Below are positions 11,188-22,114 of a DNA stretch of 64,000 bases, piece after piece; within the stretch, counting starts at the first letter, position 1, and the number at the start of each line of letters is the position of its first letter. The translations under genes were made by a program, and so were the position numbers. The DNA is taken from assembly GCA_002104905.1 (NCBI GenBank), contig MCFE01000050.1:1-64000 (forward strand), read 5' to 3'. Below the pieces are notes generated by a model. It was not told the origin of the DNA and did no database searches. It worked only from the letters and a program-made list of their open reading frames with translations. Source of the stretch: Basidiobolus meristosporus CBS 931.73. Its lineage: Eukaryota > Fungi > Basidiobolomycota.

Positions 11188-11563
11188 ACTATAACACCTA
11201 CACCCTAAACTAGCAAAATACCTTGTTCCATATACCTTTGTGGTTACCCTAATCCACTATATAGCTGTACAAAATGAGCAACATATACAAACATGCCACA
11301 TCTATTAAGGCTAATAACTAGTGAAAGCACTTGCCACTTGGCATCATCAATTACAGTCCTGATGTCTAGCCTTATGTAATACAGCATTTAATTAACCAAT
11401 TCATATATCACCATGCGTTGAATATATCCTGTAGGATCATCGATCAGTAATGATCACTCTGAACTACAGATAAGTGATGATCATTTGATACAGTGCTACA
11501 CTGTGTTAACTCGCTTTGAAGCAACTGGCGGGAGTTGGTTTATTAAAAATATTTATACTGAAT

Positions 11564-12463
11564 TTAACAAGCCCCTAAATCAGTCCAGACTCCTTGCTGA
11601 CCGGGAGTTTCGTTTTGGGTCCACCACTTGGCTTGCCAAAGATGCCCGTTGTAAGTAACTTTCTGAGCGCCATTGTATGCAGTACCCGCGTTCCAGGCTG
11701 CCACTCCACCACACGAGCCAGTTCCAGGATCGCTAGTTGCGGTTGGCTTAGTGGAGGTTGCGGTGGTTGTAGGCTTGGTAGTGGTAGTGGGCTTTACAGT
11801 GGTAGTGGGCTTCACTGTGGTAGTTGGGTCAGGAGTCACACCTCCACCAGTAGCCCCAACAGTGATAATTGGGCGCTGATCCAGTAACTCATGACCGTCT
11901 CCTTCCCCAATATCAAATTCCGGGATAGTAGGATAACCAGGAAGGTTAGCAACCATAAGCTTAGGACCGGTGACTTTTCCGCCAGGGACCCCACCATTAA
12001 TAGTAATGTCAACACAGTTCATGTAGTACTCTCGGTTACCCTCGGCATTAACCCAAGTCCAGGCTAAGGTAGCACGATTGCTGGGAGGAGCAGTAGCAGG
12101 AATAGGTACATCAAAAGTGAGGCCATCTTTGAAGCAATTACGGACAACCGTCTTCAACACGACAAATGTCTGGTCATTATCGTAGGAGAGAGCGAACTGG
12201 CAGTGACCACCGTTATGGGTATTTCCAGGGGCGAACTGCACTTTCACGGTATCCCCAGCATTATAGGTGTACTCAACTTTCCCTGGCTTATAGCCTTTGC
12301 AGGGAAATACACCCAATGGACCGTTCATATCATAATCGATATCTCCGATCGACTGATAGTACTTGCTAAAGGTAGACTTTCGAGGAGCAGGCGATTGAAT
12401 TTCCATGTGGCCAGACACGGAACTCAAGGCACACAGGGCAATTAAATAGGATGGAACTCGCAT
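11564..12463 (-). CDS. Secreted AA11-type lytic polysaccharide monooxygenase with Pro/Thr linker and C-terminal CBM5/12 chitin-binding module
   Basis: Intronless, 299 aa. Signal peptide, then N-terminal His (VSG|HMEIQSPAP), FPCK, second His in THNGGHCQ, and LAWTWVN..GNREYYMNC as in AA11. KPTTT-repeat linker, then CGGVAAWNAGTAY..KVTYNGHLWQAKWWTQNETPG..GVWTDLGAC. Confidence 0.9.
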   Translation of the reverse strand: MRVPSYLIALCALSSVSGHMEIQSPAPRKSTFSKYYQSIGDIDYDMNGPLGVFPCKGYKPGKVEYTYNAGDTVKVQFAPGNTHNGGHCQFALSYDNDQTFVVLKTVVRNCFKDGLTFDVPIPATAPPSNRATLAWTWVNAEGNREYYMNCVDITINGGVPGGKVTGPKLMVANLPGYPTIPEFDIGEGDGHELLDQRPIITVGATGGGVTPDPTTTVKPTTTVKPTTTTKPTTTATSTKPTATSDPGTGSCGGVAAWNAGTAYNGAQKVTYNGHLWQAKWWTQNETPGQQGVWTDLGAC

Positions 12464-13650
12464 GCCTTCGTAGTAAGATTGGTTAGATTGATAATTGTCA
12501 AAGAGCTAGATACCCGGCCTCTTTATATGAGAATATTTGGGCAATATTCCCTCTGGTGCACCGCACTATCTGCGCCGGTATTTGATTCTTGGTGTAGCAT
12601 CAATGGTGAGGGCTACAGGCGAATACGGGCATAGATCAGCAATCACGAGTCTTTTCTAGCGCAAAAAGCATCTTTAACACTCGGGGAATATTTGAAAAGC
12701 GAGTCGAATATGACTAAATTCAACATGAACTGTACCACAAAAGGCTAGTGTGACCAATTTGGACTTATAAGCAAAGATTCAGTAACACGTCTACTCCGTT
12801 GCCCATCTCGTTTCCTGATGATAGACTGTCATACATCTACTCTTACTCAAACACATTTTATTCTTATATCTCAACACAGCTAAAGAATCATTTTTTATAT
12901 ACGCCACATGGTTATTAATAGATGATAAGACTTTCCACAAACTAGCATGCTTGAAATTCGGTAGTGACTATGAGAGTCTTTGGGTAGTTGAGAAGTGATT
13001 AAATAACCCTGATAGATATCTTCTTAATGATATAAATATGGAGAGAGATACTATTTGGAGTCGTATCCATCGCAAGCCATTTCCATATCTTGACTGCTAT
13101 TTTAGGTTTGGCTACTCTTGAGGCAATCACCGCTATTCCTGCTGGCTACAGTGCACCATACACCCGGCCATCCAAAAGGTTTGTCTTTGTCCAGCACTAT
13201 GTGATACCATGCTAACCCAATGCAAGAACCCTTGTGCTTGCATCAGCACCGATAACCAGGGTCTCGTTGTTGGGAGAAGTATTCATCACAGCAACACGAA
13301 AGCATGACAACTTGAATGTTGTGGAAAAGGAGTATACTCCCTATATTTACTTTTGAAAGATGGGCCCAATAATGTGCATTAAGCACTTGTCTCACACATT
13401 CAGTTTTGGCTTACCTGGAAAAATCAGTGAATAGCCGATATTCATCCTGTCACACCTGTGGCTTGACATTCCAGACTCAGAAAACATGTGATTGCTCGAC
13501 AAGCGAAATTATAGATCTGGACAATCCAAGTAATGCATGGAAAAAATTGACTAATGAATGCGAGCTTGCCTTGAACAACCTCAGAGCCAAATAGTGACTA
13601 ATCTTCACTAATTCCTGTCAGTAATAACTTTGACTTGAAAACCCACCTAA

Positions 13651-14909
13651 ATGAAGCGTACACTTGTTGCATTCAAACCATTCGCCTCTCGTGCACTTGG
13701 CATGGCCGGCAGCAGAAATATGCTTCGATTCAACTTAGTTCAAGGACAAAGGGCTTTTGCAACCAGTCAAGGCCCTGACCAAGTCGTAGATGAGCAGAAG
13801 GAGAGGTAAATTCCCTTCTTTGCTAAAATTTCTATTTTTACGCAAATCTGCTTTTCATATCGTACAATATCATTAATTCTATACTGCTGTTAAAAGGCTT
13901 ACCCCTCCACCTGCCAAACCCCGACCAGATACAGACATACCTTCTAAAATCCTTGAAGCCTCCCTTCCGTTTGTTCGCACTTACGGCTGGTCCACTGGTT
14001 CAATTGCGAAAGGAGCACAGGCTTTAGGATACCTACCAGTGACACATGGCCTTTTCCCAAATGGGGGCTTGGATCTTGTTGATTACTTCATGGAAGATGC
14101 TAGACTTAAAACCGTCCAGAGCTTGGAGGGGAAATTAGAAGGGTAGCCACGCTTATGTTCCAACAAAATATTCGAAGTTTACTCAAGTTACCTGATTGTA
14201 GTCTCTCGACCACCGAGAAAGTACGAAAGGCCTGTATTACTCGCCTACAGCATACAATGCCATACGCAGAAAGTTGGCCCGAGGTAACTCCTGATCCCGC
14301 AGTATTTCGAAGACACAAAGATTGATTTGAAACATAGGCTGCAGCGATCTTGGCGGAACCGTGGAATGCTCCGGTGGCTATGCGCCATTTGAGCAGCTTG
14401 GTGGACGATATTTGGTACTTGGCTGGAGACAAGAGCTTTGATGTACGGAAAATCAGCCAACCTCTCATAGACACAGAAATTAATCCAGATTTTATTGTAG
14501 TTTAATTGGTATACAAAGCGCTTCCTGTTGTCCGGCGTTTACACCTCGACCGGTATCTAGATCTCGTTAGTTGTATGGAAACAACCGCAACACCGCTAAC
14601 CTTGCATTAGAGATGTACATGACCAAGGACCATTCACCTGACTTCACCAATACGCTTGAATTTCTCGATAGACGCCTAGAAGATGTTGCAAAAATCGGAG
14701 GCGCCACACAAGAGGTAGATTCAAACACTCACCCGGTTGCCAACCAGGGCTAATTTCCGCTAATTTCCACTGTAGATCTCCATGCTGGCCTCATTTGGAT
14801 TCCAGACAGCGCGTGGTATTTTGAACTCGGTAAGCTCCAGTACGAAAGCATTTCTCACACTGATGGCTTAAACCAATTCATACTATGACAGAGAGGAATT
14901 CGCATCTGA
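13651..14909 (+). CDS. COQ9: Ubiquinone biosynthesis protein COQ9, mitochondrial (multi-exon, not visible in the ORF track)
   Basis: Spliced by hand: MKRTLVAFKPFASRALG (transit-like), ILEASLPFVRTYGWS..IAKGAQALGY..GLFPNGGLDLVDYF, LSSLVDDIWYLAGDKSFD|FNWYTKR..LSGVYTST|EMYMTKDHSPDF..T..FLDRRL, stop TGA 14907-14909. All introns GT-AG. Confidence 0.9.
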
Positions 14910-15007
14910 TAGGTGTATCGATTCATGCTTTTCCTGTTCAGTTTGATAGGAATGCCCCTTGAAATAAAATGACTTGAGCTAATAGTTATTGAGTTGAACA
15001 TGTAAAC

Positions 15008-15673
15008 TCAAAGGGCGTTTATTACTGTGATGGTATAGATGCCAGTATCGGGATTGTATTCTATTTCCAAATCATCATAACTCTTGACGTGTACCAGAGC
15101 ACCATCTAGCGACTCCTTGGTATGCGTTGAAACAATGCCAATCACCCGCATGTTCCCGTTCAACGCAGCCTGAATACCAGCGGGAGCATCCTCAAATACA
15201 ACACAGTCGATTGGCTCGATCCCTAGCTCCTTGGAAGCCTTGAGATAGCCCTCTGGATGAGGTTTACCATGCGTCACCTCAGACCCGGTGACAAACACCT
15301 TAGGGAAAGGAAAACTCTGCTGGTTAAATCTAAGCTCGGCCATCCCGCGACCAGCCGAAGTGACAATTGCCCAAGCGTTTGCAGGCAGTTTGTGCAAAAG
15401 ATTAAAAGCGCCGTTGATTGCTGTCACTCCTTCTGCATCTTGTGCTGCTTCGTTTTCAATAAAGGTTGCATGTTCTAGAGTAGCTTTCTCGGGAGTAAAC
15501 CGCTTCAACACCTCGATACTTCTAACGCCATGGCACATACTGAATAGCTCCTCCTCAATGATGCTATGTTGCTTGCAAAAATTCTTCCAATAACGTTCTA
15601 CAGCTGGTGTAGTGTCTATCAAAGTGCCGTCCATATCGAACAGTAGGGCTTTGCATTGGAGCTGGGTGACCAT
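15008..15673 (-). CDS. HAD-superfamily phosphatase (YfbT / Gpp / Dog-like sugar or glycerol phosphatase)
   Basis: Intronless, 221 aa. Motif I FDMDGTLIDT, motif II IVTSA, motif III GKPHPEGY, motif IV VFEDAPAG. Confidence 0.9.
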   Translation of the reverse strand: MVTQLQCKALLFDMDGTLIDTTPAVERYWKNFCKQHSIIEEELFSMCHGVRSIEVLKRFTPEKATLEHATFIENEAAQDAEGVTAINGAFNLLHKLPANAWAIVTSAGRGMAELRFNQQSFPFPKVFVTGSEVTHGKPHPEGYLKASKELGIEPIDCVVFEDAPAGIQAALNGNMRVIGIVSTHTKESLDGALVHVKSYDDLEIEYNPDTGIYTITVINAL

Positions 15674-17321
15674 GTTTAAAGTAGAGTGCGGTAGTGAGGG
15701 GTGATATTAGCCAGCGAAGGATTGGGATAGTTTAAATACTAGGTGAAATACTCTGTTTCGACCAGGACCAGACTGGCTAAATATCAGGACTGATGATATT
15801 TTTAGAAATTTCTTTATTTATCGGTAGTCTGTAGCACTTGTGCATTATTGGAGCTACTAACATTTCTGTGACAGACTCTATATTTGTGAGCAAGAATATT
15901 CTTCCAGGTGCTATACCAATTCATGAGAAAACATCCACACCTTCTACCAGAACTACTGAGTATCGGTAACCCTAGGCACGAACAGCCACTAAGCAATAGT
16001 ATGTATCCATATTAGGCGCGAGCATTTGTTTGAATCCAAGCGATCAGATAATCTTAATCAAGTCTAAAAATATACAGGGGTTACTTCACGGTAACGCAAA
16101 GTCCTACCAGCACACCGATGCAAGTGAAAGGTTAGTTTTACTTGGCCTCTCTACTACCAGACTTGGGCTTAACGATCGTTGCACACTCTTTATATTTAGT
16201 CCTCCATCGGAAGGGCACGAGGGGTGATAGATTTGACTAATTTGGAGAGTGAAGCACCAATCACCTCATCCTCAATCGATCCGCAATGGTATGAAAATCC
16301 GTCGGTAGCTAAATTTCCCGAGCCTCAATGACATGGTGTTAGCATGTGTGGGAAGGACATAAGTTTCCCCCCACATGTGGTAGGTTCGCCTTGGTGGGCA
16401 CTTACGAGATGATTGGCGTTGACCACTTTCTCCAGGTGAATATGAAGGTACTCCATCCCATTGACTAGAGTATATCATAGGTAAACTAGCTCAGCCAATC
16501 CATCACATGTAGCCAATGACAGCCTAATGGTTGACCCTTGCATCATCTGACACGATTGGTAATTGAAAAGCCGTTCTGTTAGTAAGCAAAGTAGAAATTA
16601 GTGCAGGTGGATTAAATGTACCGCAGTTGATTGGCGCCAATCCAGGAAAATCACAAGGGCAATGTGTTGAAGATTTTTGTCGCTGCTGCTAAGACTGAAT
16701 AGGTATCTAGCTATACGTTGCTACACGTGCTGAAGTCAAGCAGTCGGTTTAAAGTGATCACTAAACTCCGGCTCATTTCATGGGGAGTTTGAGGAAAAGG
16801 CATGCAGCAGCGTCCAATCGATGACTGATCGTCGTTTCGAAACACGGCCTTTTGGAAAAATTACTGCAGATTTCGAGACATGGACTGGTAAAAAAAATCC
16901 ACATCCTATCGGCATCCATATCTTGTGGATGGCTCCTCTTTTGGGCATCGCCGGAAAGGATTTTGTCCAACTTAACATGAGACCGATTTCAGAGGGACGG
17001 CCAAATCATGCCCAGAATTTATCCGTCGCCAATATAAAATGAAGGAATGGGATTCAGCCACATGCATTATTTCTCCCTTCTCTACGATTGTTCCCTTGAT
17101 ACAATATACGCGTGGTAGCGACTCTCATTTGACAGTTAGTGTGTTTCTTTTCGCTCTGCAACGACAGTCGGTTGACGTTCTTTTCATGTTACCAGATACT
17201 ATTCAGATAGAAACATCGGAATATAACGATGCCCGAATTAACTTGTTTGCTTGAAAAGCACACTATCTTGGATGGAAACAAGTCGTTCAATCTCCCCATT
17301 CTGACCCAGGAAGCAAAAAGC

Positions 17322-18878
17322 ATGAAGGCCAAAGACAGTCCAAAGAAGATCACCTCACATCAATTTGCCTTTCAGGAGAGGCCTTCTCTCTTCGATGTCC
17401 CAACCATGGTGAAGGAGGGGAATCCATTTCGTGGATTTTACATATTGTTCTGGATCACCATGGGAGTGTTCCTGATTCAAACATTTACCAACAACCTGAA
17501 GCTCACTGGCCACATCACTGGCTCGTACCTCTTTTCGATTTTATCCAAAGATCTGGGCAGCTTGTTCCTATCGGATATGGCGATGATTGCTGCCACGTTT
17601 GTCAGCTTGGCAATTCAGAAAGTCATAGTGCATAAATGGATGCATAGAGAATATGCTGGAATGATCATCCAGCACGTATATCAAACTTCCTATCTGGCTT
17701 TCGCCATCAGCTGGGCTCTTTGGAAGTACGCACAATTATTCCACAGCCATTCATGGCATCAACAAAGCTGACGATTCATTTTCCATTTTAGGGATTGGCC
17801 ATGGATTCAATGCACGTTCTTTGTACTACATGCCCTTGTGAACCTGATGAAGATTCACTCTTACATCAGCTACAACGGAGAGCTGTCAGTCCAGCACGAG
17901 CAGTTGGAAGCATTGCTCCAGGAAGAGCAGAGCTTAATCAAAGCACAGAAGAAAGAAGATCGAGGGGTCGATCAGGACGCTATCAGTGAGCTAAGGGACC
18001 AAATTGACCACCTCCGCGCAAGCTTGACCAAGGGCAGCGTTCAGTACCCTGCCAATGTTACAGTGAAGAATTTCTGGGATTATCTGTTGTTCCCAACACT
18101 GGTTTACGAACTCGAATATCCAAGAACTAAAAGGTATGGGTCACGATCGATCGACCAAATGGACACGTATTAACTCCCTTGCAGCATCCGTCCGTGGTAC
18201 ATCTTTGAAAAATGTTTGGCCCTGGTGGGGACATTCACTCTTCTGTATGTCTTGGTCGAACATCAGATCATCCCCGTGCTGAACGACTCCGTAAACACCT
18301 CGGTGATCCTTACCGTTTTGCAGCTGATTTTCCCGTTCATGCTGGCGTTTCTTTTCGTATTCTATATCATGTTCGAGTGTGTCTGCAATGGCTTCGCGGA
18401 GATAAGCAGGTTAGTAGCAACCAGGCCTAGAATCTGTTTCGCCAATTGTTTCTCATCCGTCCCCACCCAATCTAGGTTCGCTGATAGATCATTCTACGAT
18501 GATTGGTGGAATAGCACGACGTTCGATGATTACGCACGTAAATGGAATCGACCAGTCCATCTGTTCTTGCTGAGACATGTGTATCTCAATTCCATTCAGA
18601 CGTACAAGTTGTCGAAAAAGAGCGCCACCTATTTGACGTTCTTGCTCAGCTCCTGCGTCCATGAGCTGGTCATGGTTGTTATCACAAGAAGATTCCGACC
18701 ATACCTCTTCTTTTTGCAGATGTTCCAGCTGCCATTGATTTGGATGGCACGTCAGCCAATCGTCCGTCGGTATCCCTCGGTGGGCATTGCTCTCTTCTGG
18801 ATGGGCATTCTCTCCGGCATTCCGTTGCTTGCCGTTCTTTATTGTAGACAATTAATGATTGAAGCCAACAGTGCTTAA
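17322..18878 (+). CDS. MBOAT sterol O-acyltransferase (ACAT, ARE1/ARE2-like), multi-exon
   Basis: F..RPSLFD and FRGFYILFW at the N-terminus, LMKIHSY, FPTLVYELEYPRT, FYDDWWNS..F..YARKWNRPVH, catalytic His in SSCVHE. Start ATG 17322 is a best guess. Confidence 0.9.
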
Positions 18879-19074
18879 CAATCAGAGTATATATCCCCTT
18901 CCCTATATAGATGAGCATACCTTGATTCCCAATAAACTAGAATTCGATATTTTATTTGAGGAGCATTCCGTTTCTTTTTTGAAACCGGAGTAGTGTTGTT
19001 ACATGATGAATTTTATGTCGAACAAAGCAGAGTAGTGTTGTTACATAATGATTTTAACATTGAGCCTTTCAGGT

Positions 19075-20595
19075 TTAGCTTCTGGTTTTGAGCTCTGGCT
19101 CACACTTCTGAATCATGCTTGAAAGACCCTCGTGTCTAGGCGTGAACTTCACTCTGAACTCGTTTGGATAGTTGGCCAAGCCGTTGATCATGTCATCCTC
19201 TTGTAGGGTGTGCTTTGATGCTTGACTTTCAGTAATATTGAAGGCCCAGATGATTCCGGCAATAGCAGTCCAAACCTCTCTGGTTGCAAGCTGTGAACCT
19301 GCACAGACGCGCCTTCCGGCTCCGAATGCAAAATGATCCCCGTCGTCGACATTCTTCGAGCTTAAAAAGCGTTCTGGCTGGAATTTTTCTGGCGACGCAT
19401 ATCGGCTAGCGTCGAAGTGGATAGCGTGAGAGTTGAGAATAATGAGGGTGTCTCTCGGGATGAAATATTGCTCATAGAGGTCGTCCTTCACACTGGCATG
19501 AGGGATCCCTAGGAAATTTGGGGTGCGGAAGCGGAGCAATTCTTTCAGGAACGCGTCGAAGTAGGGTAGACTCTGGTAATCTGTCTGATAATCTGGAAGT
19601 CTGTTTGCCCCGATGACCTGGTCGAATTCCTGATGAAGCTTCTCTTGAACCTCGGGAATTTTGGCCATGATCAAAGTGGCCCAATTCAGCGTGCAGGCAG
19701 CACTATCGAACCCACCACGAAGCAAACTATCACAGATATAAAGGATGTCCTCCTCATCCAGGCCGTCTTTCTCGGCACCCTTTTGAATGGTTTCTAACAG
19801 GGTTGCCGACCTGTCGGTGGTTTTTTGCTGGGCCATTCCTTGTAGTTTGCGAATGATCTGCTCGCGCTTCACTCGATTCTCGGTACCCTTCTGGAAGATA
19901 GGATTGATTTGGAGCTTGTTCAGGAATGGAAAATATGCCAAGAAGCTGGCCCCGAAGCTATTCATATGATGAAGGTCATCTGTAATTTGGATGAACTCTG
20001 ACATGAGATGGTCTTCGGAAGAATACAAGCCACGCCCAATCAATAACGCCACGACTATATTGAAGGAGAACTTTTTCATAATGCTCTCCGGGAACACTCC
20101 GAGGTCACCATTCGTTTCAGAGACTGATAGTAGATCCACCAGCAACTGTCTTGTCTGACTGTTTATCACTGGAAAATAGTCCTTTACCGCGGTGGAATTT
20201 AGGACTCTATGCAGCACCTTGCGCATCTTCTTCCACTGATCTCCATAGGGCAATACGGAAACCCCCTTCCCAGGGCGGAAGCACACATCGTTTATCAGAT
20301 ACGATTGGTTGCGGGATGAGTAGTTTGATCCTCTTTTCACAAAGATCTCTTTGACTGATTGCGCGTCATTCACCACTACACAGGTCCTGCTGCCTAACCT
20401 AATGCTGAATACTGGTCCATACTTGCGCGCCCAAGCTGTAAGCTTCAAGTGCGGCAGACGTCCAAGCTGCAGGAAATTTCCAACAATAGGAAGGCCCAAG
20501 GGCCCGGGCGGTAGGTATTTACGGGAGTAGATGGTCACAAAGACGAACTTCAGCGCATACAACAAAGCCAACAAGGAAAGTGCGGTCAGCAACAT
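19075..20595 (-). CDS. Cytochrome P450
   Basis: Intronless, 506 aa. N-terminal anchor, PPGPLGLPIVGN, ELLR (ExxR), PERF, heme motif FGAGRRVCAG. Subfamily not assignable by eye. Confidence 0.95.
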   Translation of the reverse strand: MLLTALSLLALLYALKFVFVTIYSRKYLPPGPLGLPIVGNFLQLGRLPHLKLTAWARKYGPVFSIRLGSRTCVVVNDAQSVKEIFVKRGSNYSSRNQSYLINDVCFRPGKGVSVLPYGDQWKKMRKVLHRVLNSTAVKDYFPVINSQTRQLLVDLLSVSETNGDLGVFPESIMKKFSFNIVVALLIGRGLYSSEDHLMSEFIQITDDLHHMNSFGASFLAYFPFLNKLQINPIFQKGTENRVKREQIIRKLQGMAQQKTTDRSATLLETIQKGAEKDGLDEEDILYICDSLLRGGFDSAACTLNWATLIMAKIPEVQEKLHQEFDQVIGANRLPDYQTDYQSLPYFDAFLKELLRFRTPNFLGIPHASVKDDLYEQYFIPRDTLIILNSHAIHFDASRYASPEKFQPERFLSSKNVDDGDHFAFGAGRRVCAGSQLATREVWTAIAGIIWAFNITESQASKHTLQEDDMINGLANYPNEFRVKFTPRHEGLSSMIQKCEPELKTRS

Positions 20596-22114
20596 GTTGT
20601 CAAAGGATATCTTGGCAATCAGAAAAGTAGTGGAATTGTTTAAATGACCTGCCGTTATCCTTACACCGTTATATATACGTATCGCCCAGAGTAAACATTC
20701 CTCAGCGACTCGACATCTCGCTCAACACATGTGATTATGCATTGGATAGGATTGCTTCCTCAGAGGTCAAGATAGCAACTATTTTTGTTAGCCATTAAAG
20801 AGTCGTTGATATGACTTGTCTTAAAGTCAGTTTATGCACAGTGAACCATTGACCGATCAGTAGTCATTCCAATTATCAATCAACGATAACTAGTGGCCAA
20901 ACCGCCAACAATGTCATCATGCCTTCACATAGAATCTTGATGGAACTGAGTCAACCGCCACCAGGTCATTCGATCGGAACGAAAATACAAGAATGATGTA
21001 TGCGGGGTCAGGATTTTCTAGGATTTGTGTCAGAGATACCAGATCATTAATCTATGCGGCAGGGACAACAATTCAGCTAAAAAAGGAGAGAATTCTAAAT
21101 GCGACTAGTAGTTCTGGGTGGTACTACTATTCACACCGACTTCAACTATAAATAGATCTAACTTTATGGAGATTAGAGAACTGGAACAAGTATCCAATTT
21201 GCTTGGACGCAAATGAAGCTTGTGGTACAAACTTGAGTGAATACAGGAATCGCTTTATGGTCGATGCCACAATACATCTGCTAGATGAAGAGAGAATGTT
21301 TACTAATCTCTGCTGTTCTAGTCGCTGTCGAAATGGTGTCAATGTTGCAATGTTGGCCTCTAGTTCCAACTAGTGTCTCGAGCGGCGGAGCCAATTAGAT
21401 CCGGGTGCGTTATCAAAGGCCGATGGATATGGAAACACGATACTACACATTTACCATATACTCTACAAAAGACGGATGATCCATTATATGGCGGCATGTG
21501 GAAAATGGTTTTCACCCAGCAGCCTTACCTCAAATGGTTTGGTACCATAAGAGGAGGAATTCCACTACTTCCCCAAAGAATGTTGATTAGCAAGCACAAG
21601 CGACAGTAAGGAAAGCCATTGACTAAACGTGGTTAAATGTGGCCAGAGCTATTGGGTCATCGTGGCTCACCACAAAATATAGTCTGTATCGCCGGGGTTA
21701 ATGATTATGATGATTTCTCCCTACCGTTGAGTCATAACAGTCAATAAGTGGTCTCGTCCGATGCAGGCAATATATCTGGAACGGAAATACTTTGCAGGCT
21801 TCGGAGTTTACTTCGATTTTGATTTCCATTCCTCAGCATTCGTTCCTAGACCCCACCGCTTGGGATTGGTATTACATAGAGATCGCCATTTTAATGAAGG
21901 GCAGCGCAGTTGTTGTTGAGGCTCACATTAGGTGGGATTAAAATGGAAGGTGAGAAAAATCCTTCGACCGATCAATCAATTTTGCTATAAATCTCACTGT
22001 CACTCCATCCGAGTCCGCAACCTTATCCAGTTTATTTGATTATTGTAAAACCTCTCAGATCTCAACTGAGCTTGAGTAGCTTTCTTTTCTTTGTATAGAT
22101 CCCCACTCTCATCC

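Noticed and set aside
13406-13594. ORF with VNSRYSSCHTCG...TCDC...DLDNPSNA, loosely like the TnpB/Fanzor zinc ribbon and RuvC-III motif
   Set aside because: Spacing and catalytic residues do not fit (no DE.YTS, CxC instead of CxxC), no upstream RuvC-I/II is visible, and it is only 62 codons.
16337-16552. 216-bp segment with TGTTAG...CTGACA ends, a possible solo LTR or MITE
   Set aside because: No target-site duplication (CATGG vs CGATT) and no second copy in the window.
16760-17321. Short ORFs upstream of the sterol acyltransferase as extra exons or genes
   Set aside because: No homology or coherent splice path recognised; treated as promoter/5' UTR.
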